Below, in pieces: positions 35,891-48,700 of a stretch of DNA of 64,000 nt. The stretch lies in NCBI RefSeq assembly GCF_000143415.4, contig NW_003314269.1, positions 3,217,060 through 3,281,059 of the forward strand, read 5' to 3'. A model generated the notes under the pieces. It was given only the letters and a program-made list of their open reading frames with translations, was not told the DNA's origin and ran no database searches. The first letter of the stretch is position 1. The number at the start of each line of letters is the position of its first letter. Made by a program: the position numbers and the translations under genes. Origin of the DNA: Selaginella moellendorffii. Lineage: Eukaryota; Plantae; Lycopodiophyta.

Positions 35891-37306
35891 ATGGGCGGAG
35901 GAGTATGGGGATCCGGGGATAGCATCGTCGCTTACATCGGCTCGCTCATCGGCCTCGTCGCCTTTCTCCGCGGCATCCTTCCACGCGAGGTACGCGATTT
36001 CCTCCGCGAGGCCGCCATCTCCTTCCTCCCGCGCCTCTACTTCCTCTTCTGGACGAGCAAGACCCGCATTGACGTCCACGAGTGGGCCGGCTCCTCGCCC
36101 AACGAGATGTATGATCTCGTCCACCTCCACGTCGCGGAGCTCACCTCCGCCTCCGCCCGGACAGCCTCCACCCGCCGCCTCGATCTCGTCCGCGTCAAGA
36201 ACTCCGCCAAGCCCAGCTTCGCGCTCGCGAGTGGCGAGAGCGTCCGGGAGAGCTTTCGCGGCGTCTCCTTCTGGTGGACGCGACGCGTGATCGAGAACAG
36301 CGAGTCGCGGCGCTGGAGCACGCGGCGATCTTACACGCTGGAGGTGGACACGAAGCTCGCGCAGTCGATCCTCCCGAGCTATCTGGAGCACGTCGTCAAG
36401 AACGCCGAGGAGGTCCAGCACAGGAACCGCAAGAGGAAGCTCTTCACGAACTTTAGCGGCTGGGAGTACCGGAAGCGGCCGTGGATGTCGGTTCCATTCG
36501 ATCATCCTGCAACTTTCGAGAGCATGGCTATGGATCCCGAGCTCAAGCAGCAGATCATGGACGATCTCCGCAGCTTCATGGGCGGCGAGGCTTACTTCCG
36601 GAAGATTGGAAGGGCGTGGAAGCGAGGCTATCTTCTCCATGGGCCGCCAGGAACTGGGAAGTCGTCGCTCATCGCCGCCATAGCTCACTTCACCGGGTAT
36701 GACATCTACGATCTGGAGCTCACTGACGTGAAGAACAACTCGAATCTGAGGAAGTACCTCACCGCCATCAGCAACAAGGCGATCGTGGTGATCGAGGACA
36801 TCGACTGCTCGCTGGATCTCAAGAAGCGTCCCGGGGAGGAGGGCGAGAAGAAGAAGAAGAAAGATGGTGGCGAGAGCGATGATGATGACGACGATGATGC
36901 TGAAGAAGACGAGAAGAAGAGCAAAGTTACGCTGTCTGGGCTTCTCAACTTCACCGATGGCTTGTGGTCTTCCACCGGAAGCGAGAGGATCTTAATCTTT
37001 ACAACGAACCACATCGACCAGCTCGATCCGGCGCTCATTCGATCCGGGAGGATGGACATGCACATCTGCCTGTCTTACTGCGCCTTCCCGGCTTTCAAAG
37101 TTCTCGCGAGGACGCACTTGGACGTGGAGGACCATCGCCTGTTTCCGAGGATCGAGGAGCTCATCGGGGAGGTGCAAGTGACTCCGGCAGAGATCGCCGA
37201 GCTGCTGATCCAAAACAGGAACCACGAGACGCCGGCGCTGGAGAGTGTGATTGCAGCTCTCGAGGCAAAGAAGAAGGCCAAGCTAAATTCATCCCAGGTA
37301 GATTGA
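35891..37306 (+). CDS. BCS1-like plant AAA+ ATPase (ASD/At3g28540-like), intronless
   Basis: N-terminal TM segment, 'FDHPATFESMAMDP', 'AWKRGYLLHGPPGTGKSS' (Walker A), 'IVVIEDIDCS' (Walker B), 'VTLSGLLNFTDGLWS' and 'LDPALIRSGRMD'. Confidence 0.96.
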   Translation: MGGGVWGSGDSIVAYIGSLIGLVAFLRGILPREVRDFLREAAISFLPRLYFLFWTSKTRIDVHEWAGSSPNEMYDLVHLHVAELTSASARTASTRRLDLVRVKNSAKPSFALASGESVRESFRGVSFWWTRRVIENSESRRWSTRRSYTLEVDTKLAQSILPSYLEHVVKNAEEVQHRNRKRKLFTNFSGWEYRKRPWMSVPFDHPATFESMAMDPELKQQIMDDLRSFMGGEAYFRKIGRAWKRGYLLHGPPGTGKSSLIAAIAHFTGYDIYDLELTDVKNNSNLRKYLTAISNKAIVVIEDIDCSLDLKKRPGEEGEKKKKKDGGESDDDDDDDAEEDEKKSKVTLSGLLNFTDGLWSSTGSERILIFTTNHIDQLDPALIRSGRMDMHICLSYCAFPAFKVLARTHLDVEDHRLFPRIEELIGEVQVTPAEIAELLIQNRNHETPALESVIAALEAKKKAKLNSSQVD

Positions 37307-37715
37307 TCGCTGCAAGTTTTGCTTGATCCAACTTCACAACTTTTCTTGGGAAAAGAAAAAACAACTAGTCATCTAAATGCGTCCTCGGTCCTCGGTGCAC
37401 GATTTGATTGAAGCGGGTGAGCGAGCGAGCTCGAGAACTACAAGCGTTGCTTGGCTTTCCACTCCACCTACCATAGCAAGATTAGCCGGTGAACGTCACA
37501 AGGCTGGCAGTGGCACACGAATTCTGGCGGATTCCACACGAATTCTGGCGGATTCCAGATCATTGTCTGCTGTCCAACTCACGTTTGGCGCTAAACAATG
37601 CTGCCAAGCAAGGAGCTTAGAAGCACAAAGATACTTAAATTACTGCCATAGGTCAATCTAGAGTTTCATTTGTCGGAAAGCAGCAGCAACAGAAGCAACA
37701 GCAGCATAGGTTTAC

Positions 37716-37722
37716 TATAAAA
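37716..37722 (+). promoter_or_regulatory. TATA box upstream of the PLAT gene
   Basis: TATAAAA about 30 bp upstream of ATG 37753. Confidence 0.45.
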
Positions 37723-37752
37723 GCTGATCAAGTTCAAGTTGAGAATAAGAAG

Positions 37753-38256
37753 ATGGTCTCATTCATCACTATATTCCTGTTAATTTCTTTTATACCAAGC
37801 ATAATTGGGGTAATTTAAAATGCAATTAATGCTTTTCTAATTTTCTAAATTTCTTTTATGCAGTGTTTATATGGTATAAATATTAAAACAGCATGTGTAG
37901 ACGGTGCTGGAACTGATGCAAATATAAAAGTAACATTTATTACATACTTTGGAAAAATTCTTGAATTTAAGAATCTTGATAACAAAAATAGAGATGATTT
38001 TGAAAGATGTACACTTTCAACATTTTCAGATTTAGAAGCAGAATGTTTGGAGGAACCTGATGTAATTTGTAAAATGACTTTATCACACGATAATTCTGGT
38101 GGTAAGCCTGGATGGTATCCAGAATGGGTTGAAATTATACCACCTTTACCAAATAATCCTGATAGCTATGTCACATCTAGAAAATTTAATGTTAATGCAT
38201 GGCTTGAAGGTGATATTCTTTCATTTACAACAGAAATATGCCAAATAAATAAATAG
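37753..38256 (+). CDS. Small secreted PLAT/LH2 (ATS3/PLAT1-like) protein
   Basis: Exon 1 37753-37809 encodes signal peptide MVSFITIFLLISFIPSIIG. GT-AG intron 37810-37863. Exon 2 'CLYGINIKTACVDGAGTDANIKVTF..DDFERCTLSTF..HDNSGGKPGWYPEWVEI..FNVNAWL'. Confidence 0.88.
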
Positions 38257-38849
38257 TAAAACTTAATCAATAAATTAAACAAAAGTATCAGATAATAACT
38301 TGTTAACTTATTATTAAATACTTGTAATTTTTTATTTAAAAAACAAATCAACACAATTTTATGTATATTAATATAAATTAATAAATTTAAATTGAATACT
38401 AAAAGGGTGAGAAAGATAGTAAATCTAAGTGATAATATGTTTTCTATTATATATCTGTTTTGGAAAAGTTACAATTTTAATTGCATACAATTCTAGAATT
38501 TGCTACCATCTATATTCAAGGAACACACAATGCATATATTATATTTTTACTTCATGTTATACATATTAGATAAAGATTAAAGATGAGAACCATTTTCAAG
38601 CATTGATAGCTATATAGTCTTTTGAATAGCAGTAAACTACCTTCTAAAGTAATTGCCGAAAATTTACTTGTTGATGTTTATACCCTTTGATGGGGAGTAG
38701 TTGTTGATAGTACCTTAATGCAAGTTATTAGTTATGCATGGTAATGGATAGTTTTGAGTATTTATGATATAAAGCTTATACTTTGAGAGAAAGAAATGAG
38801 TAGTGTATCTAAAAAATAATCAATGATTAGATTGTCCATGTAAGCGATT

Positions 38850-39108
38850 AAATTTTCCATCTCAGACTCCATCTATTAAACCCTAAATTATTAATGAAAT
38901 TTCCATCTCAGACTCCATCTTGGGCACAATTTTGACACTTCTACATATTATGTGTTGATCCTTTTATATCCCATTTCTAGAGACTCACTTATTGATCGTT
39001 TCGTACTTGTTCCTCAAGTATTTCATGAGGAGAGTAAGAGTGCTTATATCCCATTTCTATAGACTTACTTATTGATCGTTTTGTACTTGTTCCTCAAGTA
39101 TTTCATGA
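38850..39108 (+). repeat. Two short local direct duplications
   Basis: 'aatt(t)tccatctcagactccatct' twice (38851, 38898), and ~65-bp 'ttatatcccatttcta.agact.acttattgatcgttt.gtacttgttcctcaagtatttcatga' twice (~38964, ~39044). Confidence 0.85.
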
Positions 39109-41025
39109 AAAGTTCCACTCTTGCTCTCGATTTTTTAAATCAGAGTTTTTAATCTAAATGTGTTACGTTTGTTTGGTTTCCACTTTCGTCACTACCATGT
39201 CGCACCCTTTTGGCTCTACTTTGGGGATTAGGGATTTATGTCTCATAGTCCATATATTTTATATACCTTATAGAGCAATTTTAAATTTTTTAAAACTATA
39301 GTATCAATTAAATAATGTAGATCCAAGTGTTTTTATTTTACATAGCTTTGTTATAGGTTAAAAACATTATTATTATAAATATAATTATAAAGGCAAGTGT
39401 TTCTATGTGATTGTTTATTGTATTCTATACTAATTTAATTTTCATTACTATTCTTAAGAGTTCTTTGGCATCTTTGAATGGGTCATAATTGAAAGTAGCT
39501 ACTACATCAATTTACATTGTAATGCTTTATAGTTTTTTAGATGTCAATACTTTAGATTTATTTTCTAGTGTAAGTCTATAAGTATTTTTATAAGTTCTTT
39601 AAATATCCTTTTGCCCAATTTAATTTATTAAATATTTTTATTTTACATAAGTGGTTTTTACCCACTAAATGTTTTGTGTAATATTAAAAATAATTTTCTA
39701 TGGAACTCCAAAACTGTAATATAAAGGGGAATGGTCCAAAATTGAGTTCAGCTCAACTCAGCTAAAATCAATGTTAGTCAATGTAGTCAACTATAAATCT
39801 GACAAATAAATTTCATATCAAAAAAATATTATTCCTTGGCAAACATGAAATTCATGAATCTAATTATTAATGGTTTGGAGAAATTTATATTTTGAATCTA
39901 TTTGTTGGTAGAAATTTCTTTTTCTAATGTAAGCTATACAATAAAATAATTAATAAGTAGTTTATAAAATAAAAGTATTATACATTCATAATATTTTGGT
40001 TATAAAGATCTTTTTTTTTATCCAAATAAATATGGGAATATTGAAATTAGCTACGGTGCTGAAAATTTCTATTGTATATTTTAAGATTTTAATATTTTGA
40101 TTTTTCAATATTTAAATATTTAATTCAAAAATTGACCATTAGGCTAGAAATGTATAGATAGTTCAGAATACTTTTTTTTTTCATTCATTCAATGTGGTTT
40201 TTATAGAGATAAAAAGCAAAGAATACAAAAAATCTATTATTAATTTTAGCATACAGAAATGTGAGAATATTAATTTTGTTTCATTACCACAATCTCTATA
40301 TTACACTTTTGGTTCTTATTATCTGTCTGGGAATATAGAGACCATTATCACTATTAATAAAATGTTTCTTTTACTTTCATAATCTAAAACAAAAAGTTAG
40401 CAAACTAAAATAATGGCAAGCTAAAATAAAGCTACATATTTATTATGTGCTAGTCTTTAGCTTTTAGAACCCTAAAGCCACTTATCTTTAACAATAGATT
40501 GTAATTAATATGTAACCTTGCTATCAAGACTTATAATTAAGGTTTAGTCTATATTATAATAAAACCTCATTCCCAAGATTAAAATATAGTATATTAATCA
40601 ATACCAACATTATAGTTATCAAATAATTTTTATTGTTAATTCTTCTTGAGTGTTAGAATGGTTCAAAAGAAGTTTATTTCAAGTCCCAGAAAGCTTTCAT
40701 GTAAGTCTCCACCTCCATCCCCAAATTCAACCAATAATTCACTTTCACTTCAATATAATAATCCTTTTCATTTTGTGGTTTTTCCTTCCATATAACAATT
40801 GTTACAAGGCTCCTCTATTTGCAACCTCAAATGCAACTAAACAAGAATTCCTTCTTTATAATGTTGGTAGAAGAGTTGGAGTACCTCTAATGCTCTAAAA
40901 GTGATATGAAATTTTTTCAAGATTTTACTCTATATATGGCAAAAATGTTTGATGTAGATGTATATTATCTTCAATATCTCATATACTACCTTTATTTAAA
41001 CAAGAGAGATGGTTGTATGGGTTTG

Positions 41026-42015
41026 TGTCACGAAAAATACTTGTCAACCAAGCCTAAGCTAGGTGAGAAACTGGTTTTTGCATGTGCACTTGACCAGATG
41101 AGCATAAGGACAGAATTCCTAAGTGCTATTAGTCAAGCATACTTGACTTAGTTAAAGAAACTCATTCATTAACTTACACTTGCTAGTATTAGGAACCGTT
41201 GTGATATTGAGCTTGGTCCCTCAATATTCGCAAGATGATAGCTTACCATATCTGCCAAACACCCTCGCTATCATGCCCTTTATGTTAATCTCATTCTGGT
41301 CCCAAATAATATTTATAGAAAGTGTTTAAATTTGCTTATTTGGCATATTTATGGAATGTAGAGACTGTTCTGAACACAATGGTGTTCATCCTGTGTCCAA
41401 ATTTACAATCTAAGGAGATTCCATATTTAATAAGTTTCAAACTTGTCCTAGACACTAACTCCTAGTACTAAGTGAGGCTTGGAGTGAAAGCCCAAAGTGT
41501 GTGTTCCTCAAAGGGGGTTCCAAATGTATTATAGTAGGGATAGTGGGTAGGTTGAGTATAGCTGACCAACTTGAAACATAGTTTACCTCCTGCTTGCATG
41601 CCTATCTTTGTTTTGTGTCTGGCTTGGGTCTAAGCCCAAGTTCCACACCATGCTAGCTGGTGAAGTATTTATATCCTCACGTTAAACTATTGGTATGCTG
41701 AAATAGCACCAGACGCCGCTATGCTAGATACTCTAGGACTATTCCAAGTTGCTCTATGCTCCTATCCCTTCCTCCTTGGGTTGTACACCTAGAAGTTGCT
41801 CTGTGCTTAAGTTCCTTTGCTCCTTGGCTCCATGTTTGGGAGTTTAGCTCTGTACCTTCGTTCAATGGCCCAAAGCCTTGAAACTTGGGTTCCACTCTAT
41901 TGTCCTTTGGACACGTGGCATGTGGCACGCGGCACATGGAGGGTTTAGATTTCACTTTGTGGTTATTCTATGGTAAATCACCATAAAATAAAGGGTAAAA
42001 ACCACATGCGCTACA
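41026..42015. mobile_element. Probable solo LTR (~990 bp)
   Basis: Bounded by TGTCAC...GCTACA, flanked by GTTTG (41021-41025) and ATTTG (42016-42020), a near-perfect 5-bp TSD. Higher GC than its flanks, and a second inverted copy starts at exactly the same terminus. Confidence 0.65.
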
Positions 42016-42359
42016 ATTTGGTGTGTTGTCTTAATTATTGTCACAAATGCTTAAGAGCTAATTTGGAAGGTATGCATATATAGATATATAAGAAAATCAA
42101 AAAAGAGTTAAAAACATACAGTTACTATAATTTTATAAGAAGAACAATATTCTAGTGATAACACTACATTAGTGAGTGTTGAATATAAGATATTTAGACC
42201 ACCCTATAATTTAAGGTTTTGAGGTCCAAGTGTACAGCTATGATGTCGTATTAATATTAGCATAGTGGGATTTGGTAGCCGTTAGGTTAGTTTCAATCCG
42301 GACCACTCGCTCTTGTATATAAACTAGGGTTTTTGGGCTAATTGATATGTATATTTTCT

Positions 42360-42654
42360 ATATATGCTTTGTTTCGTTAAAGTGGAACTTATTCAGTAAA
42401 GTGGGACATTAATTAGCATGTGTCCACATGCCATTTCCTAGTACTTAATTAATATTTATTAATATTTCTATCAGTTTTTTAATTTATTTTTTATATTTCA
42501 CAATATTATAACACAAAATCATATGAAAAGTTTTTAATTTATAAATTATAAAGCTAAAACTTCAATTTTTTATTGTTGTTATAAAAATGGCATGTGGCCA
42601 CACACCATAAGTGGGATAATGAAAAGTTCCACTTTAACGAAATAAAGCATATAT
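42360..42654. mobile_element. MITE-like element with ~75-bp terminal inverted repeats in a TA context
   Basis: 'tatatgctttgtttcgttaaagtggaactt...tgtgtccacatgccattt' pairs with 'aaatggcatgtggccaca...aagttccactttaacgaaataaagcatata'. AT-rich non-coding core. Confidence 0.72.
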
Positions 42655-42776
42655 TCCCTTTCTATATTCCATGCACTCACAATATAAGAGCCATGAAAAT
42701 CATAGTTTTTTTGAAAGTTTAGTTCATTATAAGTAAAGTGTAGAATCTTATATTTTCAAGAATGATTATATGATTA

Positions 42777-43652
42777 TGTAGCACATGTGGTTTTTACCCT
42801 TTATTCTATGGTGATTTACCATAGGATAACCATGGAAGCGGAACCTAAACCCTCCATGTGCCATGTGACAGATGTTATGTGTCACATGCCACATATCTAA
42901 AGTACAGTGGTGTGGAACCTGAGTTTCAGAGCTTTGGGCTGCTAAATGAAGGAACGGTGCCAAACTCCCAAATATAGAGCCAAGGAGCAATGACATTGGA
43001 GCACGAAATGACTCTTAAGCATATAACCCAAGGAGTGAAGGGACAGGAGCACGGAGCGACTTAGAACATCCTAAAGTATTTATCATCTCAATGCTAGGAT
43101 TAACACGCAAAACAGAGCCAAACAAAGTCTTGTGCTATTTCAATATACCGGTGGCCTAACGCAAGGATATGGGTACTCTACCAGCTAACATGGAATGGAA
43201 CTTGGGCTTAGACCCAAGCCGAACGCAAAACAAGGACAAACACGCAACCAGGAGCTAAACTGTGCCTTAAATTGGTTGGCCATGCCCACCAGAAGTTAGT
43301 CTTTGGGACAAGCTCGAAACTTATTAAATATGGAATATTTTTAGATTGCGAATTTGGACACGGGACAAACAACATTGTGTTCAGGACAATCTCTACATGC
43401 TGTAGATATGCTAAATGAGCAAATCTAGACACTTTTCATAAATAGCATTTGGGACCGAAATGAGACTAACACAAAGGGCATGATAGCGAGAGTGTTTGGC
43501 AAATATGGTAAGCTATCATTTAACAAATATTGAGGGACCAATTTCAATATCACAGAGGTTTCCAACACTAGCAAGTGCAAGTTAACAACATGCCTTAGTG
43601 CTCTTCTAGTTTAAGTGCACATGTGATAACCAATTTCTCAACTAATTTAGGT
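42777..43652. mobile_element. Second, inverted and more truncated copy of the 41026-42015 LTR-like element
   Basis: 'tgtagcacatgtggtttttaccctttatt..', 'cttgggcttagacccaagcc' and 'aaagggcatgatagcgag' are reverse complements of the left copy. It lacks roughly 90 bp equivalent to ~41465-41550. Confidence 0.75.
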
Positions 43653-43899
43653 AGAGATTAATAATGGGTTTACCAATACCGACCTCCTACCATCGTGATA
43701 GTAAGGAAAGAATATTTGAAAGGACAGCCAATAGGTAACTTTCGATACCCGAAGTCACATTTGTGATATATTGCATGTGTGAAGACATTATTATATATAA
43801 TTATAATATAAGTGGTTCTGACATTATTATAATTCTGAACCCCCATTTCTGAGACTAGCAATCTAGACTATGTATTGTCAGTGTTATAATAAAAACTCA

Positions 43900-46800
43900 T
43901 TCCCTAGAGTTCAACTTAGTAAAATATTGATAAAGGATGTTTTCACCATTCAAAATTTAATTTGTTTAGTGTATATGAATGTCTAGAAAATATTATTATT
44001 ACTCACACTTGACCCCATTTAGCTCATATAAATCTTTACCTCTATCTCTAACTTTTATCAACATTCTACCTTCCCTCCACATAATAAATGTTATGAGCTT
44101 TTTCCTTTTGAAGCCTTGAGTATCATTGAATATGATATCCCTCTTCCAGCTAATATTTCAGATATTGCTATTAGAGTTGGATTGCTTCTTGTATTTTATG
44201 AGCGATGTCAATTATTTCTTCAAGATCTCGCTCCAAATATAGCAAAAACTCTTGAAAGAATAAGCATATATTATCTTCAGTGTCCCATATGTTACTTTTA
44301 TTTGGACAAAACAAATAGTTGCATGGGTCTGGAAACTTTTCTGAAATTTTTATAGGACTCCTCAATTAAGGGGAAAACTCATATTGCATATATTCTAAAG
44401 CTCATTTTATTAGGGATTTGTGATATAAAAGAAAAATTAAATATATATTATATATAAGTTTTTGAAAGACCATAAACTACCTCTTTGAAGCAACTGATAA
44501 AAAAGGATAAAAATCTTTAAGACAGCATTTGAAGAAGTTATATTCTTCAATTGCAAACACTAATTTACTAGAATCATATGCTACCATAACCATCAAACCA
44601 CTACCTTTTGTATAATCAATTACAATGCTACTAATTGGGCAATAGAGTTTAAATAGGACATGTATTGTCAATGGAGATCAAAATTGATACCTAAGCAATA
44701 TGTTGTAATGTCCTCGTTTATGAAATTTGGTATGATGAGAGCTATCATACTCTGGCAAACCACCCCACCACAAAGTTTAGGTGGAGTTAACACATATTTA
44801 TCAAAGTTAACATTTAAGGAGTTGTATAGTAGGTTGCACTTTTTGAAGAAAAGCATGAGGCAAAGTAAATGAGATTCAAATGTGGTGACATAAAGATGGC
44901 CATATGGATGTAAGTTGTTTACAACAATTTAAGTCATGGTTAAAGTGGTGGGAAGTTAAGATGTTCCAGTGGGGACATCATTCTCTTTATGTATGTTAGC
45001 TTTTTTTTATCTTCTTTTTTTATTGGTTGGCCTTTAGTATTTGCCTCTATTAGCCGAATCATGATGATGCTTGCATTGCACTTCACCTCTTATTTGTTTA
45101 AAACATCAGTGTGTAATTTTGTTAAGGCAGAGCATAAGGCCATACCTATAGTTTACACTTTAGAGTGCTTCTACTACTTTTTACTTTGTGTGCCTATATT
45201 TTTTATATTTATTTTTATATGCTAGCTTTTCTTTTAAATAATGTTTTGTTGAATATAAGGATCTATTCTTGCATTATGCTCCTCTAAGAATTTTACGTCA
45301 CCTTTGCTTTGTGATAGTTAATCCCAACTAGTACTTTGTTGTAACAACACTCTACATCTTTACTAGATGTGGTGCAGTAACTTGACAACAATAAACTCTT
45401 GACAACTGCTAGTGACATAACAATAGGCTTTAGAGATCAAAGCATATAATTTTTGTTTGTTGAAAGGAACAATTATACTTGTGGTAGTTATTTTGTGGGA
45501 TTAACAACAGCATAGACCATTCTTTCTAGTAGTTTCTATTAGTCTACCATATGCTATTATATGTTGTTAGATGCATGACTTGCTAACAGTTCAATCCTCT
45601 AAATAACACTCCCAAACCTCTTTTTTATCTCATTACTTCTTTAGGTCTGTTTTACACTTGAATTTTATTCCAACATCTTTATATATGCACTATTATTTAT
45701 TATTGGCAATACTAAATGGGTGGAGGCTATTGCTCTCAAGATAACAAATTAACATTCTATAGTAGAGTTCTTATATGATCACATCATATGTCAATTTGGT
45801 ATTCTCGTGACCTTGATATCTAGTTAAGGGTATGTCATCAAGCAATTTTTATAGGGGCTTAAACTCTAATAACACTTCTCTAGCAATTGTTGCCACCAAT
45901 ATACCAATAATTAAGTTGAGTGATCCAATAAGATTTTGAAATCCATTTTTGTGTTATTGGAGGTAAATTGAGGACAAATAGACTTTGTGTCTGCACTCAT
46001 TGCCCAGATTAAACAATGTGTAATCTCTTGCTTGAGCTCTAAATTAGAGAGAGATAATAGCAAAATATTTCAAAATTCTTATTTTTTAGTATATAGTTTT
46101 TCTATATTTTCAATTAGAGCTAGATTCCCTATAAGAACTCCCTTATCTTTTACTATTCACATCTAGCATCTAGGTGTTATATATTCCACTTTTAGAATAC
46201 TATTTATGAATATGCTTTTGATTTGTATACACTTTGAATTAATAACCTAGATCAGAACACATGGTGATATTTCAAGGCGAAGATCATTAGAATTGATCAC
46301 AAAAACATAAGTACTCTCTTAACTTGCATGGAACCTCTAACTAGTGGAGATAATCGTGTGGCACCTCCATCTCACTGCCTAAAGCATCCTTTTAATGGAA
46401 ATTATTGTGTGGCACTTCCATGTCCTCACTTGAAATCACTATATCACAAAGAACTATCATGTATGAATTGTTCACCTTTGAGTTTGGGGTGTCCACCTCA
46501 CAAGGCTCCTCCTCCACTGCCATGCCACATAGGGATATATATCACTGCTTTGATAAGAAAATCAATTAAAAAATTCAAATTCTTTCCCACCATTCAAAGT
46601 TGCTAAATTAATAACCTCAAAATGGAGAAAAATATTTATTTGGTCCTTCTCAAAGTTGGATTTTCCTTGTTAAAGCTTTTAGCCTCTAATATATGCACCA
46701 CACCATCATGTAGCAAGAGTAACATTCACTCCATTAAAAACCCAAAAGCTTTGGGTTCTCTGTAGTGTTATCTCCCTCAGAGATAACAAAGGAAATAATC

Positions 46801-48700
46801 CTCTTGAAGGACGAGCAAGGAAGAAATGTAAAAGTTGCTTAGGAGGTATAATTTACCTTTCAAGGATTTCTTGCTTGGATTTCTAGTTGTAGTGCTCTAT
46901 CTCAAGGCAAGAGCTCATCTTTTGAACATTCTAGGGCTGGTTAGTGTTAAATGACTATCATAGCATTGGTGTGATGCCTAGACAAAGGCACTCAAGCATA
47001 GAATTTTAGCAATTTGATATTAGTTAGAAGTCCTTTAGGAAGAATTAACATGATCTAGCTATTACATTGATAAGCCATTTACAAATACCTATGCATCCAA
47101 TAGGCTTCCAATACAGCCACAAGCTTATGAATTTGTCTCTTTTCTAAAACATCCTACTAACAGATCACCTTTTATATTTGCATTGGATGGCAATGGTTTT
47201 TGCATATTGCCTCGAGATTAGGTGAATTGGCACTTGGTGGACCTCATTATAGCATGGTTATGAATATTTCAAGAATTATAATTATAAATATGTTTATAAT
47301 TTATAAACACTAGATTAATCAATTTGTATAACATAAAAAGTTTATAGCCTCTCAATATGCCATTTTCATGGCCAACCTACAAAAGCTCACCTGCACCAAT
47401 GCACCTAATTCACTACTATCATAATCATAAATCACATACTCATCCCCCATATGAAGCTCCACCGGCTGGGCATTAATATGGATTGCCATCTCCTAGCAAT
47501 AATGGTACATATACATGGATTGGTCTGGGCTATTTTTTATTGGGGCATTATATATATCTCAATGTCCCTTAGGGACTGTTATAAAGAAGATACTTTCATG
47601 GTGCTACTCTCTCAACTATAACATTTCACTATCTCCCACCTATTGGTGGTTGTTGCCTTCCAACCGAGGTTGTTGTGGTTGTCTCCTTCGCAAAGGGTTT
47701 AATGCCAAATCATCTTATCTTGCTTCCTTTATTACAATATCTAGTGGTCTCCACTTCCATTTGATACCTCCCTCGTATTTCCCTTTATAGTAAGGGATTC
47801 ATTGCCATTGCCAAGTATTAGGCACCTTCTTTTTGCCATATTCTTGCGACAGCATTTCCTTGAGACGGACAGCTACCAACATGAGCCCTCATTAGTTTGT
47901 TATGATCACCAAAATCTGAGCATTCTGTCCCTCAAAATGCCTTTGGTTTCGAGCTTCCCAAAAGTGCTTAAGCCCCGGATACATGCCATATCTCCCACCT
48001 AATCTATCCAAAGGCCTCCTAGATTGTAGTCCGATCTCTACTCCAATGGCATCCCAATTGATCTCTAGTGCCTCGATCTGAACATCCCCAATAACCAATC
48101 CTTTGCCAAGCCAATCCCATGTTTGACCTCCTTGCCTCTGGGAACCATTGAGTGACATCCCCTTCGCAGATTTCAAAATCTTGCTTGATTTCAAAGCTCC
48201 CTAGTCACTTTAGCTATCATTCTCCAGTCTCCTTTGTCACATCACACTCCCATTGGAGGTGTGCTATTATCTCAAATGTGATATATTCCAAACACTTTCA
48301 GGCATCCTCTACTTGGAATCATTGTCCTATTGGCAATCTATTCATTGCCACAAGCTAAAAAGTACCTTTTGATTTCTCTTGGATCAGTGACTTCTAGAAT
48401 GCCACTGTGTTTTCTATCACCTAGTTCACTTCCACCCCTAGTGCAATTCATTTTTGACATAGCTTGGGTACTTCTTCTCTCTCAAACTCCTTATTTACTA
48501 TCAGTCTGTTTTGCACATCCTTTATTTCCTACATGAAGAAGCCATTAACTTCAATCTCCATGTTGTTAAGTCCTAGTCCATGTCCTCTATGAGCTCCTTG
48601 TGCCACTATACTAGATGTCCTTCCCCCTCTAACCAGCATGGCAATTCTACCACATTAGTCTGCTTGCTAACTATCTCAACACTAAAATTCATCCTTTAAC
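43900..48700 (-). mobile_element. Highly decayed retroelement-like remnant (possibly LINE/L1 ORF2 plus a gag-like piece)
   Basis: AT-rich, CpG-depleted and without long ORFs. Faint minus-strand motif ghosts in L1 order: KAxG-xG (~46750), KAY..W (~46200), LLDD (~45840), and a GHxxxxxP knuckle-like trace (~47560). Not verifiable by eye. Confidence 0.3.

Noticed and set aside
35705-36688. Long antisense ORF (327 aa) opposite the AAA ATPase, and similar shadow ORFs at 4465-5211 and 54008-54925
   Set aside because: Shadow frames of GC-rich coding sequence with no recognisable motifs.
37514-37555. 21-bp perfect tandem duplication (cacacgaattctggcggattc x2)
   Set aside because: Simple slippage duplication with no further structure.
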